A stretch of 64,000 bases of DNA. It comes from Lama guanicoe (taxonomy: Eukaryota). A model generated the notes under the pieces. It saw nothing but the letters and a program-made list of their open reading frames with translations. It did no database searches and was not told where the DNA came from. Both the position numbers and the translations under genes were made by a program. Shown here in pieces: positions 14,405 through 26,292 of the stretch; position 1 is the stretch's first letter; every line of letters begins with the position of its first letter. The stretch lies in assembly GCA_013239625.1 (NCBI GenBank), contig MU053994.1, positions 561,775-625,774 on the forward strand. Direction: 5' to 3'.

Positions 14405-15589
14405 GTTTAAGGGGATATTTACATACATAGACTAGCCTCATTTTTGTTCTTGCAGACAGTTAAATTACTAGTTCATTAGCTTGATCTTGTGGAAGTTTAG
14501 TTTTAGGCTTTGTTGAACAGATCTCTTTCCATTTCCCTGAGTCCAGAGGCTTAGTCTTGACTTCTGGGTTTTCAGAGGAAGCCCAGCGTGTTCACTGTAC
14601 CCCTTTACCTTGTTTCAGTCTCCAGCACTGATCAGCTACTGAGATCTCTGTTCAGCTCTTTTTCCTTCAACTGTTTTGCCCCTGGACTCTGGAGCTTTGC
14701 TCTGCACATGCACAGCTCAGGGGTCAGTTAAGTACTTAAGATGAATTTATATACAGATTTGGAGCCTCCCTGCCTGTGGCTTTCTCCTCTCACATGTCTC
14801 CTCCTCAATTTGCAGCCTCTATGGCCGCCCTACATTTGTCTTCTGAATCCTCAGCCCAGTAAAATTGCAGCCTTCTGCTCAAGCTCCTGTCCAGTGAAGC
14901 AAGCAAATGCAGGCGGCTTCAGAGGAAAAGCCAAGTACATGTGGATTTCATGCAGTGTGCTTCCATTGTTTTAGGGTCGTATCTTCTCCAGTCTTTGCCT
15001 GCTTTGGGTTGAATTCCAGCGAAGTCAAGCAATATTTCTTTTCTATATTTTTCCAGAGTTATAAATATCAGCAGGAGAGTTAGTATGGGATGAGCTACAT
15101 ACACTACTTTTAAATGAAATATTAATTAGTGTCTTTTCTCATCTTTGAACCAAGATCAGCAAGGCCATGTCCTCATCTGTGGGAAGCCAGCAAAGTCAAT
15201 ACCAGGTCCTTGAAAAATGTGTCTTCCTCCAGCTGTGCAGTGTTCTATAAACTCTATTTTCCCACAATCCACATGGTCATTCTAATTTAATATCATCTTA
15301 TCTGTGTGCTTCTGATGTTGGGCCAACGTCATTTTCTCACAGTCTACCCCTTCATCTTTGATAGATGGTCACCTGTCCAACATCCTTGGCTCACACTTGC
15401 CTTTTGTGTTTGATTTGCACAATATGTGATATGTGTCTTTTTAAAACATACCTTCTGGCTTTTGAGCATTTGACATCATTATGGACTTATGGTTCCAGGT
15501 GACATTAACCACTGTCTTATTTTTGGTGTTCATAAGCAGTTGGCCTTCATCTGCTCTTTCTTCAGGCTTAGTAATTTTTTCATTTTTGA

Positions 15590-16432
15590 CTGTTTTTTAT
15601 TGAAGTATAATTTACCTACCTATTTAAAGTAAATGCACCTATTTAAACGTGTACAGTTGGATGTGTTTTGAAAAATGTATACAACCACATAACCCACATC
15701 CCTATCAAGATAGAACATTTCTAGTGTCTCATGATGTTTCCCTTATGCTTCATTGCAACCAGTTTCTCCCCTGATGGATGAAACCACTGTTGTGCTGATT
15801 CCTATCACTATGGACTAGTCTTAGCTGTTTGCAAGTTTCCTATAAAGGGAGTTAGACAATATGTACTCATTTGAGTAAAACTTCTTTCACTCAGGATGAT
15901 TTTGAATTTCATCTCTGTGTTGTACTATCAGTATATTTTTATTGCTGAGTAGAATTCTCTCATGCCAGTGGATACATTCTTCTGGGCCGTTTTTACTGGG
16001 GGTTATTATGACTAAAGCGTCAAACCTTTTTGTGTATATGTGTTTTCTGTTCTTTTAAATAAATACCTAAGAGTGGAATTTGGGGGGGTCCTAGGAAAGT
16101 TGTATGTTTAACTTTATAAGAAACTACCAGTTTTCCAAAGTACTTTTACCACTTGACGCTCCTACCAGCAGTGTATGAGGGTTAGTTGTTCTACCTCCTG
16201 TCAGCACTTAGTATTATCAATCTTAATACTGATTCAAAGGCACCATGGTACTTAACCATTCAAAGGTACTTTATTGTGAATTTCATTTTTTTTTCATTTT
16301 CCTGATGACTTAAAGATGTTGAACATCTTTTCAAGTGCTTATTGGCCATTCATATGTCTTCTTTTTGAAATGTCTAATCAAATCTTTTGCTAATTTTTTT
16401 GTTACTTATAGTTTATTGATTTGCAGGGGCTC
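15590..16432 (-). mobile_element. Old, highly diverged L1M 3' fragment
   Basis: tttattgaagtataattta...; gatgttgaacatcttttcaagtgcttattggccatt are typical reverse-complement L1 motifs. Confidence 0.75.
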
Positions 16433-16553
16433 CTTAGCTTTGCTTTAAAAAAAATAGTGCCTCAGCTGCCTCTGAGAGCATTGTTACCTTCTGATGACAA
16501 GACGCCTCAGGCTCCCTTTTGAGTCTTCCTGCCTCACACATGGAACCAACATG

Positions 16554-16766
16554 AGTTGACCCTTGAACAACATGGATTTGAACTGTGTGGACCACTTATA
16601 CGTGGACTATTTTTGATGTTAACTACTACAGTATTATATGAACTGACGTTGGTTGAATCTGTAGATTCAGGACCACAGATAGAGAGCCCGCTTTAAAGTT
16701 ATAAGTGGATTTTCAACTATGTGGGGGGTCTGCACTCCTAACCCCTATGTTTTTCAAGGGTCAACT
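16554..16766. mobile_element. Tigger2/MER8-type MITE
   Basis: Perfect 14-bp terminal inverted repeat AGTTGACCCTTGAA (16554-16567) / TTCAAGGGTCAACT (16753-16766). Confidence 0.85.
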
Positions 16767-18979
16767 ATACTCTCTCTGGAATCCTGTCACCTTCTCATGG
16801 AATTCATGCTGATTCCTGCGTAACCTCTCTCAATCCCATAAAAGAGGCAGGCCCAGCGTCGACCATAGGGCCAGTTCTGGCTGTGGTGGGGGCCTGGACT
16901 TGGCTCTTCCTGCCTTGGAGTCTTGGATGGGTTACTCAGAAATCAACATGAGGGTCAGTTCTGGCACCAAAACATTGTACCCTAAAATGGGAACCTCTAA
17001 GCCTGTCAAGTTCACCCATGCTTATTTCTATAATCCTCCTGTTATAAGCATGAGATGTCTTGCCCATCCCTTCACTAGTCGTCTGTTGTCCTGTCGTTCT
17101 CATACTGCTCTGAGTGTGCCCCAGCTGAACTCCCTTGCAGACCTTTCTGCGATGCCTCTGGACTACTGCCATATTTCATAGCAAATTAACCTTCCTCTAT
17201 CTTTGGTATCTTTTCCAGACAATCCTAAGTCAGTCCTGACTTTCTCCTGCATCATTTTTCATAGAGAGTATTATTCTTTCTTCCATACGCCAATATTTCT
17301 TGCTTGAAAAGTGGTATCTTCCCGGTTCTCCACTGCCCTTTCCAACTGATTATTCTTTCCTAATGTAAACAAAATACTTTCTCTAAGATTCCTGCCCCCT
17401 ACCTTAATGACTTTCCATCACCCTCCCCTTACAGACACCTATTTACATTCAGTTCTCTTCTCCACACTTATATAAGCCTTTGGAACTTGAATCTTATTTA
17501 TCTTCTCTGCCCTAACTCTTGCCAAGAGGTCTTATCCATGTGGACAACCCATCCAGCTCTCTAACATCACAATTCCAGTAATATTTTCTTCCGTTCCCTG
17601 GCTGTCATCTCAGAAAGAAGATAGCCAGAGGTGGGGTGGGGGACAGAGAAAGGGGAGCTCCAGGTTCTGCATATAAACTACCCAAATTTCTCAGTGGTCA
17701 CTGTGCCACTCATGTGCAGTCCAGGAGTGGGGGGCAGGTTCCAAGTAGCCCAGCAAAGTTTAAAGGAACCAAACTGAGATTCCAGCTGCTGTCTCCTAAA
17801 GCAGAGTTTGAATTCAGCCAATTTAACTGCCTTACCCCTTCATTACAGACACATACACGTAAAACTCCTGCTGTACCAAATCCACACAATGTTATATATC
17901 ATATTTATTCACTAAAAATACATAGATACATACATACACACACACACAGCCTACACCGAAATTTGGGGCCATTTCTAAAGATTAAATAATATTGTTTTCT
18001 AGAGGATTGCTTTCTCACTGCAGATCTTACACGACTTTTCTATGTGCCTTTTGGACCTCATAAAAACAAACAATCCTCACTTCTGCTTGGTCATACCCTT
18101 TGGTACAGCAGTTTTGCATGTGTGTGTTTTTGGTATTGAGTTGAATTAGTTCTTTATATATTTTGGATAGTAACCCCGTATCAGCTATATGATTTCTCCC
18201 ATGCGGTAGCTTTCCTTTTTATTTTGTTGGTTATTTCCTTTGCTGTGAGAGTTTTTGATTTTGATTTTTGTTTCTGTTGTTTGTGCTTTTGGCATCATGT
18301 CCAAAAAAATCATTGCCAAGATCAATGTCAGGAAGCGTCTTCCCTACATTTTCTTCTAGTTTCATGGTATCAGGGCTTATGTTTAAGTCCTTGATCCTTT
18401 TCAAGTTAAATTCTGTAAGTGGTAATAAGAGTCTAATTTCATTTTTCTGCATGTATTTCTTTACTTATCTCAGCACCTTTTTTTTTTGAGTCAGTACTTT
18501 CCCTATTGGGTTTTCTTGGCTTCCTTATTGAATACTAGTTGACTGTATATGCTCCAATTTATTTCCGGGCGCTCTATTCTGTTCCATTGGTCTATGCGTA
18601 TACTTTTGTGCCAGTGCCATATTGTTTTTATTAATATGGCTTTGTAGTGTTGTTTGAAATCAGGAAATATGATACCTCCAGCTTGGCTCTTTTTTCCGGG
18701 ATTGCTTTGGCTATTTGGGGCCTTTGTGCTTCCACACCAATTTTAGGATTCATTTCTGTGAAGAATCTCTTTGGTATTTTGGTGAGGATTTTACTGAATC
18801 TGTAGACAACTTTGGGTAGCATGGAGATTTTAACAGTGTTAATTCTTCCAATCCATGAACACAGGATGTCTTTCCATTTGTTGGTGTCTTCTTCAGTGTC
18901 TTTCAGCAAAGTCTCGTAGTTTTCATTATACAGAACTTTCACTTCCTTGGTTAAATTTATTCTTAAATATTTTGTTGGG

Positions 18980-21337
18980 TTTTTTTTTAACATTTTTTAT
19001 TGATTTATAATCATTTTACAATGTTGTGTCAAATTCCAGTGTTCAGCACAATTTTTCAGTTATACATGAACATATATATATATTCATTGTCACATTTTTT
19101 CTCCGTGAGCTACCGTAAGATCTTGTATATATTTCCCTGTGCTATACAGTATAATCTTGTTTATCTATTCTACAATTTTGAAATCCCAGTCTATCCCTTC
19201 CCACCCTCCACCCCCTTGGCAACCACAAGTTTGTATTCTATGTCTATGAGTCTGTTTCTGTTTTGTATTTATGCTTTGTTTGTTTGTTTGTTTAGATTCC
19301 ACATATGAGCGATCTCATATGGTATTTTTCTTTCTCTTTCTGGCTTACTTCACTTAGAATGACATTCTCCAGGAGCATCCAAGTTACTGCAAATGGCGTT
19401 ATGTTGTCAGGTTTTATGGCTGAGTAGTATTCCATTATATAAATATACCACAGCTTCTGTATCCAGTCATGTTGATGGACATTTAGGCTGTTTCCATGTC
19501 TTGGCTATTGTAAATAGTGCTGCTATGAACATTGGGGTGCAGGTGTCTTTTTGAATTAGTATTCCTTCTGGATATATGCCCAGGAGTGGGATGACTGGGT
19601 CATATGGTAAGTCTATTCCTAGTCTTTTGAGGAATCTCCATACTGTTTTCCACAGTGGCTGTACCAAGCTGCATTCCCACCAGCAGTGTAGGGGAGGGTT
19701 CCCTTTTCTCCACAGCCTCTCCAGCATTTGTCATTTGTGGACTTTTGAATGATGGCCATTCTGACTGGTGTGAGGTGATACCTCATTGTAGTTTTGATTT
19801 CCATTTCTCTGATAATTAGTGATATTGAGCATTTTTTCATCTGCCTATTGATCATCTGTATGTCTTCCTTGGAGAATTGCTTGTTTAGGTCTTCTGCCCA
19901 TTTTTAGATTGGGTTGTTTTTTTCTTATTAAGTTGTATGAGCTTCTTATATATTCTAGAGATCAAGCCTTTGTCAGTTTCATTTCCAAAAATTTTTTCCC
20001 ATTCCGTAGGTTGTCTTTTTGTTTTACTTATGGTTTCCTTTGCTGTGTAGAAGCTTATAAGTTTCATTAGGCCCCATTTGCTTTTATTTCTTGTTTTTAT
20101 TTCTATTGCTTGAGTAGACTGTTCTAGGGGAACAGTCTTGAGATGTATGTCAGATAATGTTTTGCCTATGTTTTCTTCTAGGAGGTTTATTGTATCTTGT
20201 CTGATGTTTAAGTCTTTGATCCATTTTGAGTTTATTTTTGTGTATGGGGTGAGGGAGTGTTCTAGCTTCATTGCTTTACATGCTGCTGTCCAGTTTTCCC
20301 AACACCATTTGCTGAAGAGACTGTCTTTATTCCATTGCATATTCTTGCCTTCTTTGTCAAAGATGAGTTGACCAAAAGTTTGTGGGTTCATTTCTGGGCT
20401 CTCTATTCTGTTCCATTGGTCTTTATGTCTGTTTTGGTACCAATACCATGCTGTCTTGATGACTGTAGCTCTATAGTATTGTCTGAAGTCTGGGAGAGTT
20501 ATTTCTCCAGCCTCTTTCTTTCTCTTCAGCTTTGATGATTCCATATAAATTTTATTATGATTTGTTCTAGTTCTGTGAAATATGTCCTGGGTAATTTGAT
20601 AGGGATTGCATTAAATCTGTAGATTGTCTTGGGCAGTGTGACCATTTTAACAATCTTGATTCTTCCAATCTAGGAGCATGGGGCTAGCTTTCCACTTTTT
20701 AAAGTCTTCTTTAATTTCCTTCATCAATGGTTTATAGTTTTCTGTGTATAATTCTTTCACCTCCTTGGTTAGATTTATTCCTAGGTATTACTTTGGGTGC
20801 TATTTTAAAGGGGATTGTTTCTTTACTTTCTTTTCCTGTTGATTTATTGTCAGTGTAAAGAAATGCAACTGATTTTTGAATGTTAATCTTGTAACCTGCT
20901 ACCTTGCTGAATTCTTCGATCAGCTCTAGTAGTTTTTGTGTGGACCTTTTTAGGGTTTTCTATATATAGTAACATGTCGTCGGCATATAGTGACACTTTC
21001 ACCTCTTTTCCAATTTGGATCCCTTTGATTTCTCTCTCTAGCCTGATTGCTGTGGCGAGGAGTGGTGATAGTGGGCATCTTTGTCTTGTCTCGGATTTTA
21101 GTGGGAAGCTTTTGAGTTTTTCACCATTGTGTACTATGCTGGCTGTATCTTTGTCATATATAGCTTTTATGATGTTGAGATATGTTCCCTCTATGCCCAC
21201 TTTGGTGAGAGTTTTTATCATAAATGGGTGTTGAGTTTAATCAAATGCTTTTTCTGCATCTATTGAGATGATCATGTGGTTTTCATCCTTTCTCTTGTTG
21301 ATGTGATGTATTACATTGATTGGTTTGTGTATGTTGA
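18980..21337 (-). mobile_element. Young lineage-specific 5'-truncated L1 nested in the older L1
   Basis: Long ORF2 peptides (19885-20544, 20883-21221, 19467-19727); complete 3'UTR and polyA; imperfect duplication atatttt..ttg on both sides. Confidence 0.92.
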
Positions 21338-21519
21338 TATTTTATTGTTTTTGGTGCTATTGTAAATGGGATAGTTTTCTTTCTTTTTCAGATACTTCAT
21401 CATAATTGATTTCTGTATGTTGATTAGTTTCAACAGTTTCTTGATTGACTCCCTGGGATTTTCTATATGTAAGATCATAGTAAGAGCAAATAATGTAAAT
21501 AGTTAGATTTGGTATATCC

Positions 21520-21732
21520 TTTCTTATATCGTATTTACAACTATTTACATACTATTTACATTGTATTAGGTATTATAAGTAATCTAGATATGATTTAAAG
21601 TATATGGGAGGATATGCATAGGTTATATGCAAATATTATGGCACTTTATATAAGGGACTTGAGCATCCATGGACTTTGGTATCCAAGTGGGGTCCTGGAA
21701 CTAATCCCTTGTAGATACCAAGGGATGACTGG
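21520..21732 (+). mobile_element. MER2 (Tigger3-type) fragment
   Basis: tttacattgtattaggtattataagtaatctaga...gataccaagggatgactg matches the MER2 end. Confidence 0.85.
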
Positions 21733-24700
21733 ATATGCATTTGTTGCTATAAAATTTCCTCTCAGCAATGTTTCTGTTGCATCCCACAGGACTTGAGATG
21801 TTATAATTCCATTTTTCTTTGTGTTTTTTTGATAATGTTTATTTACTTCTGATTTTTTTGACCCATTGGTTTGTTTAGTTTCCACATATCTGTAGCTCTC
21901 TTCACTTTCCTCTTGTTGATTTCTACTTTCATACCATTATGGTCAGAAAAGATATTTGGTATGAATTGAATCTTCTATTTGCTAAGATTTGTGGTCTATC
22001 ATGGGATCTATCCTGGAGAGTAATCCATGTGTACTTAAGAGACTATATATAATATTCCATCCAACAATATTTTCTAAAGTATGGTTCATTCCCAGCATTT
22101 CCTTATTGATTTTTCTGTCTGGAAGATCTCCTTTTTACCTATAGGAGGATAGTGAAGCCCTTTACTATTACTTTGTTATTTTCCTCTAAGTTTACAGTAG
22201 TATTTACTTAATATATTTTGATACTTAGATGGTGAGAGTATATATTTACAATTGTTTTATTTTCTTGATGTACTGACCTCAGTATTATATAGTGACCTTG
22301 TCTCTCATAACCGTAATTTTGCTTGAAGTCTGTTTCGTCTGATACAAGTATGGGTAAGCCTGCTTTATTGTGGGTTCCACTTGGACTCCCTCCTCCTCCT
22401 CTAGTCAAATAAGCTCACATTATCTCTCTTACAAAATTTGTAACTATGGCTAGCTTTTTTAACTTCAGTGGGATAAAAATTTATAAGTGAACTTTTCAAT
22501 AATAATTACATTTTACATGTCTAAAAAGTTACTCAAATATTTTTGGTATTTGATGGGAATTCAATGCATATCTATATCATTTCCAAGTAAGATTAATTAC
22601 TGAACATAGGCTTACTGACATCTGGCTTCTTACTACAGCAAAACTAGAGATGTCTATATCTGTCAGCAGACGTGTGCCATGTTAAAAAAAATGCACTATG
22701 CTTATGGTTCTAGAAATTATGAAATGTATTCACAAATTGCTTCTTAGAAGCCTTAACTTTTAGTAAAAAACTAAGGGTTAAGAATTGTAGTATCTGTAAT
22801 TGAAACTACGGGAAACAATAAGAGAAATCCCTATGTAAGGAAAGTTGGATGCGTCTTGACTAAGAAAAAGTATGGAGATGCATGTTTAAGGGAAATGAAA
22901 GTAATTTCCTCCTAAAGTAGAACTGGTTGTTTCCTAATGGACAGGAGAAGAAAGGACAAATTGAATGGATATAGAAAGCTGGGGACAGGGAGCCAGAACT
23001 GTACCTTGGGTAGGCAAGCTACTAAAAAGGGAATAAGTGGATTATAATTTTTCTTAAATAAGCCGTGAGTGTACATAAACCAAAGTTTTCTGGGTACAGT
23101 TTTATGAAAATAAGAAATAATAATGCACAGGTTATTTTTATGAGATGTGGTCACAAACGTGGTGGTGGTTGGTGGTGGTGGCTGCTCTTGAATCACACAC
23201 ACACAATGTAAACTTTAATCACCGCCTCTAGTAAGTCTCCACACCACCCCCATTGTACCTCCATACTACATCTGCTACCAGTTAGGACGCTTCCTTCTGT
23301 TTTCAAGAAGATGGTGCTATAGCAAAACTTGTTTTCTCTTATGAGCACTTACTCCCTACTAAGACTGAGCAGCCAGAATTAAAAAAAAAATTAACATGAC
23401 AGTACAGTGAGGGGACTTGGGATGGGCCAATGGCCTCGTAGGGAGATCTCAGATGTGGGTGGGCCCGGAGGTCCACGGGCAGCACTCGTGCTGGCATCTC
23501 AGGGCAGACAGCCGCAGATACATTCCTTCAGTTCCCTTTGCCTTATCCCCTTGCCCTCCCCACAGTCAAGGAGGTCTCTCTCCAGCTATCCAGGGTGTTG
23601 CTGAAAGGCAACCAGGACCCTCCAGCTGCGGCCCCCACGGCCTGGCACACTGTCACTCACCCTCTTTCCTCCTCCTCTGCTAGAGGTCGCCGTTAGTGCT
23701 GCTTCTGCACTTCCCTTCGCTCTGTCGCCTCTTCTGAGGTGCTCTGTTTGGTTATGGATGTCCAAGTCCTTCTAAGTTGGGAGAAAAAGGAAAGACTGAT
23801 GTGGCCATGGTGCTAATGTAACTGTGGATGCGTATTTTTTATATACCATAGTGTATTCATTCCTCAAATCGTCTGTTCTCACTGGGCAAAGTACCTGTAA
23901 CATTCTGGGCTCAGCAGGAATTTCGGTGAAGAAATCAGGGCAGTTCCTTAAATGTCAGCAGGGCTCCAAGGCTTGGACCTTTCATGCTGTGGGGCAATGG
24001 GCCCAGGCTGGCTTTTCACAGACAGGAGAGCTTTAATGGGGGCTCATCTATACTTGTGACAAATGATCTTTTGAAATTTTCATGACTTTAAAACTAGTCA
24101 TTGGTTAACAGTCCTCTCCCAGCCACGTCATTGACCTTTATCTGATACATCTTAGGGAGAGACATCAAAGAGGTGTGCCTTGTGAAACAAAGATTTGTGA
24201 GTTAAACATAAACAAGATATAAGCATTCACAGGATGGCAGTCTCTGCCTTATGTTCTAAAATGTGTCAAATCTGCTTCAAGTTTTAAGCCGGTTGGAATT
24301 TGGGTTTTCTATGCTATAGTCATTTTATTTGTTCAGGCATAGATTTTGAGCCAAACTGATACTCTGTAACTGCAGGTAGCAGTTCAAGGTTTACCTGGGA
24401 GAGCTGAAGAGTCCAACTCCTGGTTATAAAGCTACGTGTGCTTTTTCAGGCCTGACCATAGGCCATTACAGAGGCTTTACCTGGAAGGTCGCATGAAGGA
24501 AAAGGTGCTCTCCCCACACGACTGGTACACAGTGCATCACGCTCACTGGCTGCAGCTGTAGCCAAGGACTCTTCTTGTTCTTTCACACGTGACGTGGACT
24601 AGGGACGCAGATTTCATTCCTAGGTCTCCGAGGCCCTGGGCTGAGGTCGTCTTCCTCCTAAAGGGAAGTCTCAGCAGAGGAGCATGAAAGGAGACGCCTA

Positions 24701-25139
24701 AAGGTACTTTTCCCCACTATTTCAGTATCCAGTTCTTGTCTGCTCCCAGCCCTCCCCACTGCCATGACTCCAGGATCCATAAAAGAGCCGGGGCTCCCTC
24801 AACAGTGTGACAACAGCGTGTCTTTGCTGGGCCACCTGCCCTTCAACTGGTGCACTGGTCCACTGAGGAAAAACAGAAAACAGAGTTGGTATATCTTCCA
24901 TTTTTCATTTTGTTTATACCAGTAAACAAGTGATTAAGGTCTTACCTCTCATTTTCAGCTTGTTGCTTTTAATTGGCTGCTCCACCACTTCAAAGTCCAG
25001 CTCTCCCAGCTCAACTGAGCTTCTCTTGACAAGATTTATTACATTTTTCCTTTCCTAAACCACCACTAAGAATCACCATCCTAAAACCAGTGACCACACT
25101 GAGCAAGTATGGCTGGTGCTTGAAAAAGAAAATGAGTTC

Positions 25140-25485
25140 ATCAATTTGCTCCAAAATATTTTATTAAAAAGTTTTATATAAAAAAGATAGATATGTGTCA
25201 CACTGAATAATGTGCATTGAAAGCATGTGTATGGGTGTATTCCCTAATTTCTCTATAAAATTAACCAGCCATGATAGAGTTAGAGTAAATATATTCATTT
25301 TGGGGAGCGAATCCTTCAGAGTACAAAATGCAGTGTTATTTTTAAGTGCAAAGAAAGCTTATAATAAAATAGACTTTTAAAATTACAAATAAAAATCTGT
25401 ACATCAAGGATATTTTTCAGGCCTTTCTGTGTTCATAGCACGGTGTAGAAAGAGAAGAGGACCTGCCCAGAGAGGACCCAGCCCA
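25140..25485 (-). other. SRPX: SRPX 3' UTR (end approximate)
   Basis: AU-rich, repeat-free sequence between stop codon and AATAAA; U-rich element follows downstream on the minus strand. Confidence 0.8.
25160..25165 (-). terminator. SRPX: SRPX polyadenylation signal AATAAA
   Basis: tttatt on + strand about 320 nt after the stop, followed on the minus strand by ctcattttctttttc. Confidence 0.8.
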
Positions 25486-25669
25486 TCAGGTGTTACAGGT
25501 CTGGCCCATTTCCGCTTGCAGGACCATCTCCTCTTTCCTCAAGGGGAATGTGTCGATCAGGTTGAAGAGGGCCACAGGCGTCACCAGGGAGACATAGCGC
25601 TCCTTGTCCATGCCGTGCTTATCCACCAGCACCATGCTGAAGGAATAGAGTGGGATCCGCAGCAACAGC
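25486..25669 (-). CDS. SRPX: SRPX last coding exon (exon 10) to stop codon
   Basis: (R)LLLRIPLYSFSMVLVDKHGMDKERYVSLVTPVALFNLIDTFPLRKEEMVLQAEMGQTCNT*; TGA at 25488-25486; acceptor ctctctttgccccag. Confidence 0.97.
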
Positions 25670-26065
25670 CTGGGGCAAAGAGAGGACTATGTCAAAACTG
25701 ACACCCATGGGCTCTCGTGCCACTGGGTCCGGACAAAGGTTCCACCAAGAACCGAATCATCCCTTAGACCCTTGCTACTCCAAGTATGGCACCTGGACCA
25801 GGAACATCACACACGAACTTGTTAGAAACGGAGCAGCTCATGCTCCACCCCAAACCTATTGAATTAGAAGCTGCATTATTACCAAGATCCACCAAAGACT
25901 GGTTTGCACAGGAAGGGCTGAGTAGTACGGCTTTAGATTAGAAGGTCAGGAAGACTTTACACCTGCAGTGGTGCTGCGTACCAACAGTGCTAACAGGCGT
26001 TTTTGTATTAAGTTGGAGTCCATCCCCATTTGCAGACTATGTTTGCACGACCACATCTGTATTAG

Positions 26066-26292
26066 AGTCACTGCTTAGCAACAGGAGTGATTTTGTCCCC
26101 AGAGGACATTGGGCTCCGTCTGGACAGTTTCGGTGTTCACAACCAGGGTTGCAGGTATATGCTACTGGCCTCTAGTGGTTGGGGACCAGGGATGCTGCCT
26201 AACATCCTGTAGTGTACAGGACAGCCCCTCCCTCTCCCATAAACAATTATACAGCCGCAAATGTCAGCAGTTCTAAGGTTAAGAAACCCAGG
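26066..26292 (+). mobile_element. MER20 hAT MITE (adjacent MER5-like copy at ~25770-25930)
   Basis: gtgattttgtccccagaggacatt...gggatgctgcctaacatcct...aaggttaagaaaccc. Confidence 0.85.

Larger units (their letters stand above)
18095..22382 (-). mobile_element. Older L1 ORF2 fragments hosting a younger L1 and a MER2-like element
   Basis: ORF2-like peptides 18231-18452 and 18631-18993; host sequence resumes at ~21338; endonuclease-region remnant ~21735-22382. Confidence 0.85.

Noticed and set aside
14430..15100. Possible old L1 5' or HAL1 remnant
   Set aside because: Resemblance too diffuse to assign by eye.
19885..20544. 219-aa ORF, longest in the window
   Set aside because: Fragment of L1 ORF2 in a 5'-truncated, frameshifted copy; not an active element.
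23674..23692. Second CTCF-like motif CTGCTAGAGGTCGCC
   Set aside because: Mismatch at a highly conserved C of the core; too weak without data.
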